Source: Styela clava (lineage: Eukaryota). From it: a stretch of 64,000 nt of DNA. This document shows positions 13,501-25,648 of the stretch, piece by piece. Where the stretch lies: positions 10,664,001 through 10,728,000 of the forward strand of contig NC_135259.1 in the NCBI RefSeq assembly GCF_964204865.1, read 5' to 3'. Within the stretch, counting starts at the first letter, position 1. The number at the start of each line of letters is the position of its first letter. The notes below the pieces were generated by a model. It ran no database searches. It was not told where the DNA came from and saw only the letters and a program-made list of their open reading frames with translations. Position numbers and translations under genes: made by a program.

Positions 13501-16500
13501 ACTCAGTTTGAAAAGCGAGCTTCGAGCTAATTGCGACACAGACCACAAAGCATTTACTCAACTACGAAATGAATATTTATTTCACGCCAAATTTTTGTGT
13601 AGTATATTTTTGTGATATTGAGAATTAACGATAACCGGCTTTTCCGCACCTGTATAATTTAATTCTCTTTTCATACGCAAGTCTTACCTGCTGTCTTATC
13701 AAGATACTTTACTGAAAAAAATAAAATAGAAATACAAACCCTAAAGTCTTCACATAAAAACACGACCAAATGATGAACATTCTTTTCATTTCCTGGTGTA
13801 ATGACGATGTCAAACTGGGAAATAGATAAATATAAATTTGGACTAGTATATTCAAAAATGACGTAACCGGGATGTACTTCTCCTGGGTAGCTTTTTGAAC
13901 TACTTCTAATATACCATGGTAAAGTTGGCTACTCACTCATTGAATACATCCCTAGAGTTACAGTCTTTCAATTCAGATTCCAAAATAAGGTTTACAACTA
14001 TCCTTTTCCAAAGTAATTCTTCTTACCCCAATTACATGATGAACTTCCGGTTCCTCTGGTATTTTAAATAATTTGCATAGATAGAATGTATCAAGATTCG
14101 GAATTCGAAAATTTGTTGGTCGAATATCAAACTGCTTGTATTCCTCCTCGGCAATGTCTGTTTGGAATTCAGCAATATACACTAGGTTATATTGGCACTG
14201 CGATACATTTGGTGGTCGTTATGAACTTGTCTCAAGTTTGAGAAGATTATTGGATAGTTGATGAATTGCCCTAATTTATATATTATTGCCAAAATTTCCT
14301 CTGTGAAAAAGTACTAGTTAAAATGTTTTACTCAAATATATTCAGAGTAATGAAGTACAGTACAATATGAATACGATGAAGCATTGCCCAAATATATGAC
14401 ATCGCTAATCGATACGGCAAGGCCTTATGGCACTGAGGAGACATCGCCTTACAAGCGTAACGAAGCGATGAGGCGGGAATAAAGAATAAAGCGTTTTTTT
14501 ATTATTTGAGTAAAACAGCAAAGTTTCGGGGTAAAATGAAATAGCCGCTTCCACAGGTTTCAGAGAAAATTTGAAAATGAAAAAGTGGTGGTAGCTTTCT
14601 AGAATAGGAAATTTGAAATGGTTTTGTTCATTATTTACGGAGAAAATCGATAATTACCAACAACAAGACAGCCACTTCAACAACAACATGAGGAGCAGAA
14701 ACAATTTAGAAAAGCCAACCCTATATCCAGTTTGTGGCCAGATTTACATTTTGGATACAAGATCAAAGATAATTAAACTTATTCGTGTCGACTAAAATGA
14801 ATAGGTGTAGAAGAGAAAAATCCATGTATAAAACTACCGTTCTTATCAATCTGTATAACAGCGTTGACCAGTTTCAAACTCTTTGCCCCTGAAATTAAAT
14901 AAAGATCATCATTTGAAAAAAATAAATATATACCTATATATGTTCCAATATTAGAAGTATTGAAAGTCGTTGCTGAGCTAGTTTCTAATCCATTTCAAAA
15001 CGATTTAGCAATGGGGTCCGGAGTGCTATATTAATTATTCTATACAGATATATCATAATTTATTGGGAGTTTTAAAAAAAAACAAGGATTGCACTAACCT
15101 CTGTTTCTCATGTGATAATTAGACCGGACAGGCTGCATTCCAACAATATCGTTTCCACCGTACGCCCAAATTACTCGATAAGTTCCTTCCTATAGTAGTG
15201 AATTATATTTAGAAAAGGACGATTTTATAACGTTCTCAACTATTCCTCACCATGAAACATGGCCTCCGTAAAATAGACAGTCAACCTGTGCTGGCTTATG
15301 GGAATGGAAATCTTTCCGATTTGTCATATTCTATCAATTTGACTATACCCAGGATGTGTCATAGCCCATCCATAGACTGAAAATTTCGAACCGACCCAAC
15401 GATAGATATGGTAAAAAATGAAAAAAAAAAATGGAGAGGCTATAAAAAATTAAAAACTCTGTCATTGTTGACGTAATGAGAAATCTTTTGAAAAAAGTAA
15501 CTACAAATATAAATGATGTTATTTTTGTTGAAATCAGTGATACGCGCATGTTTCATTTTTGGTGTTATAGTTGGATATTGGATTTATGGTCTGTATTTAT
15601 TAACTACTACATTATAACCATACAAGTTTTGACTGGGTCTAACTAAAAGTACTTTACATACACCAATGATCTTGTCATCATCATCACACGTGATTCGTTT
15701 CCTGATGACGGTTGCCATGGTGTGTGTTCCATTCTCCCAACTTTCAAGCAATTTGACATCTTGTTGTTCGTCAACATCAGGTATGCCATTTTTATCCGAG
15801 TGACAGTCCTATTTAGTAAGATTAATAATAGTTAAAAACAGGTAACGTAAACTCGTTTTATAGTTTAATGTTTCGTTAACTTCATAACAAAAATACTAGC
15901 AAGATATAAATGTAATTTACCAATATGTATGGTTCGTTGTCCAACTTTCCCGCGATAATTAAATCAGCTCCGGACATAGAAGATGTCTGCGAAAAACCTA
16001 TTCCTATCCAACCCGTCGTAGGAGCAATAAACTAAAAACATAAAAAAGTAAGAAAATCAAATAAATAGAAAGAGAGCACAAAAAGAATTGAGGAAATGCG
16101 GTATCACGGAAGGGAGATGCAGCAAAAATCATTAGGAAGTAGAAAACTTACTTGCATTGAAATATTCTCCTCGTCAAAATTCCATTTCAAATGCACAGTT
16201 TCATCAGCATCGAGCCAAATACTATAGGGAAAATTCTCATCGATTACACCAAGATGCACTTCATCAATATTTGCTTTCGATACGGGGGTGGTTGGTTGCG
16301 TCGTAGTGGGCATGGTTGCTGTCAAACGAAACGCCGTTAGTTTACAAAAATATTGAAAAAAAGTTTCGATGAAGAAATAAAACTTTACCATCCGTTTCTG
16401 GTTTTATTCCAAGAGTGTTCAATAATCGATAGCCTGAAAATGCATAAAAATAGTTTTATAGTAATTTACAGTCATGTTAATGTTACAGTCATTTCTATTC

Positions 16501-18887
16501 CTATTTCTAGATGATTTAGACTTTGGAGGCTCAATTTTTTATAACTTTGGTGTTGAAGTGCGTGCTATATTAAATTGCAAATATATTTGCATTCTTAATA
16601 TTTTGTTTCTTAATTTATTTGCAAAGTTGCTTGTCTGTATCACGTGTATTTATAATAATAATTTACCATTTTTACTTTCACTGCTAATTACTTCACAACT
16701 AATATGAAAATCAATGGAGGACTTCTAATGAAAAATACCTTCAAGTATAGTTTTTAGTGATTAAATCAAAGGTGAATTTTTAACGATGAAAAATGACATT
16801 ACCTCTGTTCGTCCAATGATAATCTTCACTTAATATTTCTTCTGTTTTGTCTTTATCACCAAAAGCCCAAAGGAAGTTATTGTCTCCTTTCTAAATTATA
16901 TTTTGAATTATTTTGCTTATTAACATAACATGCTTCAGTGGCGTTTTCACAAAAAAGGAAATATCCCGCAAGGTAATGTGAATAAGATGAAAAAGGGCCT
17001 TTTATGTTCAGCATATTGCAAAGCTCCCATTTTTAACTCGTTCCGAAAAAAAAAACGTACATTCACATTTTTCTATTCAGTTAAGTTATTAATATTATTT
17101 AAACTCAAAGTTTATTTAATTTCAAATATGCGTGGATGTAAACATAAAAACACTTTACAAATATCTCGTTGTCTTTTGTTGTATCTTCAGATTTAAGTGG
17201 TCGTTTAATTTTCATATAGGTTGTTCCATTTTCAGCGCTGTCAAGTATTGTCACATCTTGATCGAAATCTATTTGCACCATTCCCGTCATTTCAGAGTAT
17301 GCATCCTGTGAGAATGATTATATAAATAAATTATGTATGTATATTCACAAATTGTATAAACAAACATATACAATGACCAAGATTTAGGATACCCGTTTTT
17401 TTGATCAACTCATTTAACAAATGAAAAACGTTCTTCGCTGGCTCTCGCATTAAATAAAGGAAATTCCATGAACTACAAAAAAATCAATTCTATATTGATA
17501 CCGTTTCGGGTACAATTTGAAAAATATAGCAACTATTGACGTTAAAATGTGATTAATCCATGTTTTTACCCAGGCGTACGGTTTTCCATCCTTTATGCCC
17601 ATTATGATGAGATCTGCTTTTTGCATCGTTTTTGTCTCTGAAAATCCAATTCCGACCCATCCCAAAGTTGGCGCAGAGACCTTGAAAAATAGTTATTACA
17701 AATCTTCTATCCGTGACGTTAGATTTATATTGTAATGAAAAAGTAAGTGATTTGTTAACCACGGGGTTATAGTGTGAAAATGCCCAAATGAGTGAGCAGA
17801 CATAACGTGAAATACATTTTGTAATTTAATCACGTAATACAAAACATATGTCTTTATTTCAGATAAAAGTTTGTAAGTATTGCCCAAACATTTTATTTAT
17901 CTTTATAAAACAAAGATAAAAAAAAAAAGTATAAATATGTCAGTTTTATATAAATTACTGGAGCTCCACCCTATACTCATGCCTGTTTGAATTCTGCTTC
18001 CTCTTAGATATTTGCAGGTATATAAAATGCGCGAGATTCATTAGCGCAATGTAACAAACATTTTTGAATTAAATTGTATGGTAAGGCAAAGGCTGTAATT
18101 ACCACGAGTCTATAGGCTGACAACTTAATGTTACGTTAGTACTCGTAAACGCTGGATAGCTTGCTGCAAATTAAGAAGAAAAGTGTTTTGAAATTAATAT
18201 AAAATGTAAGAGTCCAGAGTCACTTTTAATTACTTTGCCTCCGGCTGCATACTTATCGCCGTATCAATCAGAACGTAAAACACGATAAACAATATTGTTT
18301 TATTTTTCGGAAGATGTGATAGCTTTCTAAGAACGTGCCTCCGAAGCTTTCAGATAGCCCATGGCACATTCTCTCACATTATTCATTACATGCGACTTAT
18401 CACACGTTGTCTTAAAACAGGGCCCTGTCCTCATGGCGTTGAGCAAATATAAAGTTTCGGCACACAACCCACAAGTGGTATACATTATGGCGGAATATAT
18501 TTGACCCGTTGATCGCTGCATGTTTTCTTTTTCAAAATTTAATTAGTTTTTTCTCGAAAACTAGTGGCCATCTCACTTCGCTTTTCGAGATGCGGATTGA
18601 ATTAAAATTTACAATTTTTTTGAGTAGGCATCAGCTGCAAAATGTATGTACACAAACAATTTTAGACTGTTGATAAAAAAGTGAACTAAGATCAATTTCT
18701 TGACAAAGCACAATAAAAGACGATACAGCGTACTTTCACTTACTTCAAATATTATATCTTCGCCATCAAACTCCCAACCAACTGTAAAATCTTTTTCCAT
18801 AACTTCTGAAAACTTCAATTTTGCTTCACTTACGACAGTAAGCAATAACAAAGACGCTGAAGCTAGCAACATGGCCGTAATTTTCAT
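10518..18887 (-). CDS. MOXD1: Double-DOMON DBH-like (copper type II, ascorbate-dependent) monooxygenase, copy B, ~819 aa, membrane-anchored
   Basis: 20 GT-AG exons joining in frame: 18887-18744, 17680-17570, 17305-17159, 16890-16803, 16433-16389, 16318-16152, 16031-15921, 15808-15662, 15189-15099, 14888-14838, 14157-14027, 13814-13740, 13389-13185, 12972-12809, 12663-12569, 12438-12288, 11958-11862, 11401-11262, 11104-11009, 10721-10518 (2460 nt). Signal peptide; two DOMONs (GWVGIGFS..M..AD and GWIGIGFS..M..AD); CuH ligands VHHL and ETHYDNP; CuM ligands LHGHL and EMC; hydrophobic C-terminus. The symbol denotes family, not proven orthology. Confidence 0.9.
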
Positions 18888-19189
18888 TGTATTATTTATA
18901 CCTGTGTAAGAATAATACAATTACTGTTTTAAAGTACCCTCAAGCCAAAATAATCGAGACAGTTTCCTAAATCGATAGAGAAATAGTGCTTCAATCACGA
19001 TAAAAGGTAGGAATCAAGAATAAACATCTACGAAACCCATTTGTCATATGATCTATGACGTAGGTGCTTTCAAACAATTATATATAAAGTGCACCACAAA
19101 CTTATAATAGCAATCTTCTGACAAAAATAGGCTAAAGCGATTCAGTGATATGTCATTTTTTAAGCATATAAGATGCGCTTGCAGACAGC

Positions 19190-19545
19190 GAGACAAGCCT
19201 TTCACTATTCAATGTGGCCATTTCCGCAAATCGCACGGTATTCAAAAGCAAACTTAATCTAACACGAATAATTCCCTACTGTCGTGACAAGGCATTATTG
19301 CGCGAAGTTTCTTTAATATGAGATGCTCAATCTCAGATTACTTTAAAATTAAATTACCTCAGAAAGCAATCAACAAACATAAGAGAAAAAAAATTGTATA
19401 GTTTTTTGCTGAAATTTGAATAAAAATCCTTTATATGTAGAAAAGTTACGCAATTTGTTGTAATTTGATACGTATTAACATCGCCGCAGGCCTATTAGCA
19501 AAAGTGCTGGGTCACTCTCAATATTACACCATTGCGTCGCAACCA
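19190..19545 (-). promoter_or_regulatory. Upstream non-coding block shared by all three copies (candidate cis-regulatory region)
   Basis: Alignable with 8720-9090 (copy A) and, inverted, 44450-44820 (copy C); includes ATTCCCTACTGTCGTGACAAGGCA. Retention may simply reflect recent duplication. Confidence 0.3.
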
Positions 19546-20278
19546 AACGAAGTAGGAGTACAATAAACATCGTCGGTATTTGTCGATCTTTTCCATTCAT
19601 AATACGATGGTGCTCACTTTCCTTTCACCGACTGATTTATTCATTTTAGTGCAATTGCTATTCTGGCATCTATTTTCAAAGATTATTTTGGAATACGTGT
19701 AACGAAGATTTGACTTAGACTTTAAATATATAAATGAATCATCCTAGATAAAACCCATTATCATTGTTTGCTATCGTCATATCGTGATGTTATCTCCAGG
19801 AAAACGATGTTAAAACGACCTCATCTAATATAGATAACTGGATTTGTTCAGTATACAATCTGTTTGTTTTTTTCGTCCTTAATATTACCTTCGTCTACTT
19901 ACAGAGCAGAGAACAAAAATGCCAGTATCAGTGATTGTTTTTCCTTTTAACAATTTATTTCGCTGTTCCACTTGGCTATACGATGTCCATATTAAATTGC
20001 TTCCAGACAAAAATGTACCAGACGATACGATTACTTCAGGTGCGTGAAAAAGGATTAGATAAATGAATAGGTAATTATCGGAAACGCCCATTTTAACGCG
20101 AAGGCAATTGGAAGGTGCGAATTATTGAACAGAGTATTTAAGTGACGTGTTTAATCGCGTTAAAACTGATTGAATTTTCTGAGTAATTATATATTCACAA
20201 ACAACTAATTGTTGCATATTCCTATTATTTGAGACCCCCCCATCAGTATATGAGATGAGATATAGTTGTGTACAATAA

Positions 20279-21455
20279 CAAGTGAGCAACGCTCAAATAT
20301 ATGGCAACGTGGACCAGAGCGAAGCATTCCCTACCTTTGACGTTACCGGTACCATACTCTCAAAAACTTCCGAGTTTTTAGTCGCCAGAATTTTCAGAGT
20401 CATCCGTCGCGCTTGACGGATTAAAAACCGTGTTTCCATAATTAAAAGTAATAGATCTCAATTTTGGATGAAATATTAGATCTCATAACGTCAGGCCAAT
20501 AACCGAATTGCGTAAGTCATTTTTGGCGGTTTTGAGTTTTTTATAAAATAGGTATTTATGTAATGCTGCGCACCTGTCTGTTAACTCAGATTTTATTTTA
20601 AGAATTACGAAACCCATAAATATGAAGATTTTGTCTGATATGCAAATTTGTTCAATTGTTTCGTCATAAGGAATTATCATTGTTAACGCATGGTTATTGT
20701 GACGTCACAAGGACAAAATAACCTCGGCGAAGGATTTTCAAGTTTTTGCATCTCAGATTCTAGCTCAGCGCTTATAAATTTGAATTTATACTACAGTATA
20801 GGAAGGCGTGCACTTGTGATATTCACTGTCTGAGTCCAATCTTAGTCTTATTTCGGTGAGTGTGCAGAGCGTGTTATATTGATGGAATATATATTTTTAA
20901 ACACAAAAAATAATGTAATTGAAACAGATTAGCTATTTTGAGGATTAGACATCGTAGATACTAAGAATTACATTCGTTTTTGAATTGTTTGGTTTTCAGG
21001 ACTGGTCCATATAGTCAAGTCGCAAAATTGCGTATGTCCCCAAGTCATAGACACATTTCTGCCTAGGTCACAGTGCGCCATTATAACGTCACATAACTGC
21101 GTCATACAAATTAACTTAAAACCGGCTACGATCAATAACTTGAACTATGACAAATTATTGACTCTCAATGGCATAGCAATATCATTAGGAAGTTTTTTAC
21201 ATTTTTTATCAAAACTGCTAAAAATGACTTACGCAATTCGGTTATTAGCGTGACGATAAGATTCATAGAAAATTTAGGAATAAATAAAAGTAATCGCATT
21301 CTGGCAAAAAAATCAATTTTTAACTACTGAAAATTTCAAAGCAATTGGTTCAGTATTCGAAGAGAAAAGCGACTTTATCATGACGAGAGAGAAGAATATC
21401 AACAAGAACAGAAACATAATATCAAAACGATCAATAGGTCTACACACGTGTCCAA
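20279..21455 (-). mobile_element. Helentron-associated (HINE/DINE-like) non-autonomous repeat, interrupted by a MITE
   Basis: Same family at 24581-24785, 43088-43480 and 43481-43722; ends flanked by TT, short 3' hairpin GAGC-nnn-GCTC, no clear TSD. Class is inferred from structure. Confidence 0.5.
20489..21255. mobile_element. 767-bp MITE with ~45-bp TIRs and 4-bp TSD (ATAA)
   Basis: CGTCAGGCCAATAACCGAATTGCGTAAGTCATTTTT... is inverted at 21209-21255; ATAA on both sides; empty site in the mirrored arm (~43265). Confidence 0.85.
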
Positions 21456-22237
21456 TAATATATTCTTGATTGAATATTTTTTGATGAAAGATTTCAGATT
21501 CGTTCAAAAATTATAAATTGTATCATTGATTATTTATGTAGGTCGATGTTTGGGGTAAAGGCCTGTGAAATGCCTAATAAAAACATGTCCAGGTTAAAAT
21601 TTTTGTGTAAGTGGCATCATTTCACTTTCTGCTGTAATATTCGGTCTATTCGGACCAAACGATCTCCAAGCTATCACACAGTGGAACATACCATGACATA
21701 TTTATTGTGCGTCTAAAACAAACAAAAAAAATCTACCCAGAGTGTCATAAATACGGAGATTATGTTGAGAACATCATGAGAACTGGAAGTATTCCATATT
21801 CTATTAAAATAGATGGTATTTATTTAGAAAATCATCCCATTTCCTCATTTTGTTGTGGCTATATAAGTAGTAGAACAAGTTATATGAGTATAAGCATTTG
21901 CATACATTAGATCTGGGGTCGCCAACCTACAATATATGGACCAGGTGAAGTTCGCCAGGGCAGGACATCCGTCCCTGGACATATTTGTAACTATAAAAGC
22001 GGAAAAGTTTTCTTGTTTTGCATAATATCTGTTATTTTGAGTGCGTGCGTCTTAGTTTCTTTCTTCTTTGTAAACGACCACTTTTATATATTATCACCGT
22101 ATGCACATCAGATATCTATGATATCGCGTATGTGAAAATAAACTTAGATTCAAGTGCCAACGGATGCAAACGTACGATGTGCAAATATCGGGCCACGTTA
22201 ACAACCCGCCGCTGCATTCCGTGTCACTTATTAATAA

Positions 22238-25200
22238 TAGTCCGGCAGAATCGGGCCTATTGTTTTGGGACATAACGTATTTTTTATTGTTTAGATATAA
22301 TGTATATGACATATATAATGATACCCAGGTGGTTGTGGAGTATATAATGTTGAGCAATTTTTTTTAAGTGGATTTAAAGTAATCGGTCCAAGATGACGCA
22401 CATCTTGAACCCTGCCCTGGTAAACATACAATGTTCAGGTTGTGCGCCATCTTGGTACGAATACTTCAGGAGCGCCTTTTCGTTAAAAACAATTATTTCA
22501 CAACTACATGGTTTAGTTTTGCATACATAGTAACATTGAATCTCCTTACAATGTCAGAAATTCAATTTTAGTAGAATAAATGGTAGTTTATTTCACTAAT
22601 ACAAGCCAAGATCCATCGACAGCATCTAGCCACTTTCTATTGCGCTCTTCAAACTACATTTGCGTTGCCGCGCGCATTTCGTTTTCCTAGTTTAAGCTTA
22701 GGGACTTGGGAAATATTTTATTAGTTGAATTGGATTGGAATATTTGACTTCGTCTTTCACTCCGAACAAGGCCATGTAAAACCATCTACTGGTATCTAAA
22801 GATGTGTAACGTGTTTTCTTTTGGAAGAACCGCAACCTTTGAACCTGCGAAACCTAGATGTGCACGTGTTATGCCAACATAGTTGAGTCAAACGTTTTGA
22901 ATACTAGTACATCACACACATTTTCCTGTGTGCTTCGGTTGTACGTAGTAACGCGCACATGCATCAAATTCCACTTGATTTTTGAGCTATAAGGTTTTTG
23001 ACGAGCTTTTGTGTATGATTTCATTCCATAGAATTTGTATGCTGTTCTAAAGAATACTAGTTTCAGCTTTTTCATTCATTCAAACCGCGTGTTGAAAGTA
23101 ACTTTTGTAATATTGCGTGTTGGTTTCCAACATCCTTAAATCGGTGATGCCAGTAAATCTTTAATACAAAAAGACCAGTAACATCTGCAATAAAAACAGC
23201 AGTACCCACTCAAATGACAGCTGGGGGATGGATACTCTTACTATCTGCTCCATCGCGTGCTTCTTACAGTCTTACCAGTTTACATGAGTGCCAATTGGTA
23301 TCTAAGCTCAGCCAGAGACAAAAAGTTTCGGACTGCAGTTGGCGTGACGAAATGTTTTTGAATATATATTCTACAATAAGATTATTTGATTGCATACTAC
23401 TGAAAGTTCCGCCTTATATGTCTTTTCTCATTGCACTATTCCTTTACTGATATTCGATAATATGACGCTCATTTGACATAGTTCTTAAAGTGTGTAGATG
23501 GGTATAATCTTTTCCACGCTGTTTAGATGGGAATGCGCGAATATATATAAGAATTGCTAATATTGGTTTGCAATGCGATGAAATTCCATCTTGGCATTTC
23601 TGCCTCTCGCAATTGCTGCGTATACTTATCGGGGAAGTTCTGTGGCGTGGTTATCAAATGAAAAAAAAAACATGGGAGTATTTTTTCTACTTCTCTACTA
23701 CTATCAAACCTTGACATTTTGTGAAAACGTTTTTCCATGCAACCTTTTTTTTAAACATTCCTAACAACCACAATTGATTCTGTTATTAAACTTCCGGAAC
23801 AAACACATAAAATCATCAACAGATGCATATCACCAAGTAGATATTGCTGAATTAATCTTTGTTTTACCATTTTTCATGTAATTCTTTTTGGTAAGCCTGT
23901 TATCTATCGTAAATACAGCACATTTGACAATGTTGTAGTGTGACTATTTTGGCCTCACATTTTTGATATTTGTAGTTAGAGCTCTTGGGGCTCTGCCAAA
24001 AAAGTTACATACAAAATATTGGTTGTAAATTGCAAAACATGATCATGTTGTTGGAATAACTTGGCATTTTACCACCCGTATATCATTCATTGTTGAGAAT
24101 ATTAATAAAATCATAAAATTTAAAAATCCGTTTCCGTGAAATTTTTGTTGTAGCTGCTTCTAACAAAGAAATTCATGTGACCAAGCCTCATTGCACTGTA
24201 TCCGACACTAATAAATAGGACACCCAGTATGATACAATAAGAATAACAAGGGCATGAATACAAATCAGCTGATATAAGAGAGTATTGCACCATCATTGGC
24301 AAAACTTTCTCTCGGTCAAAGTTCTTAATACAAACAAACAAATAAATAAACGAGAGCAAGTCTAAACATGTTTATCGGGACCAGAATAACTAAAACTAAT
24401 AGGTTAATCACTAAAGTTAACTTTCTGCCTGTAACAATGACAACAGGCAAGAGAAGCAAGGTCGCCTCTTTTAGTTTATGACAGGGTTCCTTAAAAGGGA
24501 CCCCGTCCTCCTTGGAGGCCGCTGATCGGTTGGTTATCTGGGAGCACGAACAAACAGATGGAAATGCGAATATATAATAACAAGAGAGCTATGCTCAAAT
24601 ATATGGACAAAATAAAAAGTAATAGCCTTCTGGAGAAAATTTTTATCTTTAACCACTGAAAATTTCAAAGCAATTGGTCCAGTATTCGAAGAGAAAAGCG
24701 ACTTTTTAAAAACGTGTCAAAGAACAAGAACAACAACAACAACAACATAATATTGAAGCGATCGTTATGTCCACTACTTGTCCAACAATGTATTTTTATA
24801 GAAGAGAAAAAGCAAAAGTGCTGAGAGTCTTTGGTAGTTTGAAAAGCATTGGCATGGAACATAAGAATGAACTACATTCTTTCCCAGGGATATACTATAA
24901 AATATAGCAAATTTCTCATTCTTGTTCTCGTGATATCACTATCTTTCACTGCGTCGTCGTGATTATCCCGCTGCATAACAATTCTCGCTAACAAATAATT
25001 GACTGTTCTCCACCGGGTGTATATCCACTTGAACCACTGGCGACTGCATTAGCAGGCTTGTATTGTTAATTGCAACAAAAACGGGTATTTTGAAATAGTA
25101 CTCTTTATTTTACGCGTATGTTTCGACAGTATTTCCATATACTGTATATGGGTCGCTACCCAAAGCTGGGCTCAACAAATGCCTAAAAGTTATTGATTTT

Positions 25201-25480
25201 ATTTCCTATTAAATTTGGTGATTGCGTAGTTTGTGCACCAAGATTGCGCACAACCTGAACATAGTATTGTAACAGATTATGGTTCAGGTTGTGCGTCATT
25301 ATGATGCACAGGTTTGACGAAAAACACTAATGCAAATATCGAGCCGTAAAAAAATTGCTCAAGGCTGCAAACTCCACGCCGATGTAGAAATGATGGGCAA
25401 TGACCCCAAGATGAATAATCACAAATTAAAAAAAAACTTTATGTCTGAAATCAAACTTGGGCCAAAAAGGTCCCCTTATC
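22238..25480. mobile_element. Long-TIR DNA transposon derivative (Academ-like TAG...CTA ends), copy 1; right end cut by an LTR
   Basis: Direct duplicate of 59130-61930; degenerate TIRs of ~250 bp; the last ~10 nt of the right TIR are replaced by the retroelement LTR. Confidence 0.7.
24581..24785 (-). mobile_element. HINE/DINE-like insertion inside the long-TIR element
   Basis: Absent from the sister copy (61228-61240 reads TAATAACAATGTA); same family as 43481-43722. Confidence 0.7.
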
Positions 25481-25635
25481 TGTTCATAAAACATAGCGAG
25501 AGAATGTTTTTATTCTGGAAATAAGTCGGCTCAGGCATATGAATCATATATATCTCGTAAAATTGTATTTTCCTTTGCGATTAGCTCGTAAAACTTAGTA
25601 ATTTTCTTTTCGGTCAGCTCGCAAACTTGTCAACA
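25481..25635 (-). repeat. 155-bp 3' LTR
   Basis: On the minus strand TGTTGACA...ATGAACA (TGTT/AACA termini), preceded by purine-rich AAAATCAGGGA and containing AATAAA; mirrored at 42170-42291. Confidence 0.7.
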
Positions 25636-25648
25636 TCCCTGATTTTGA

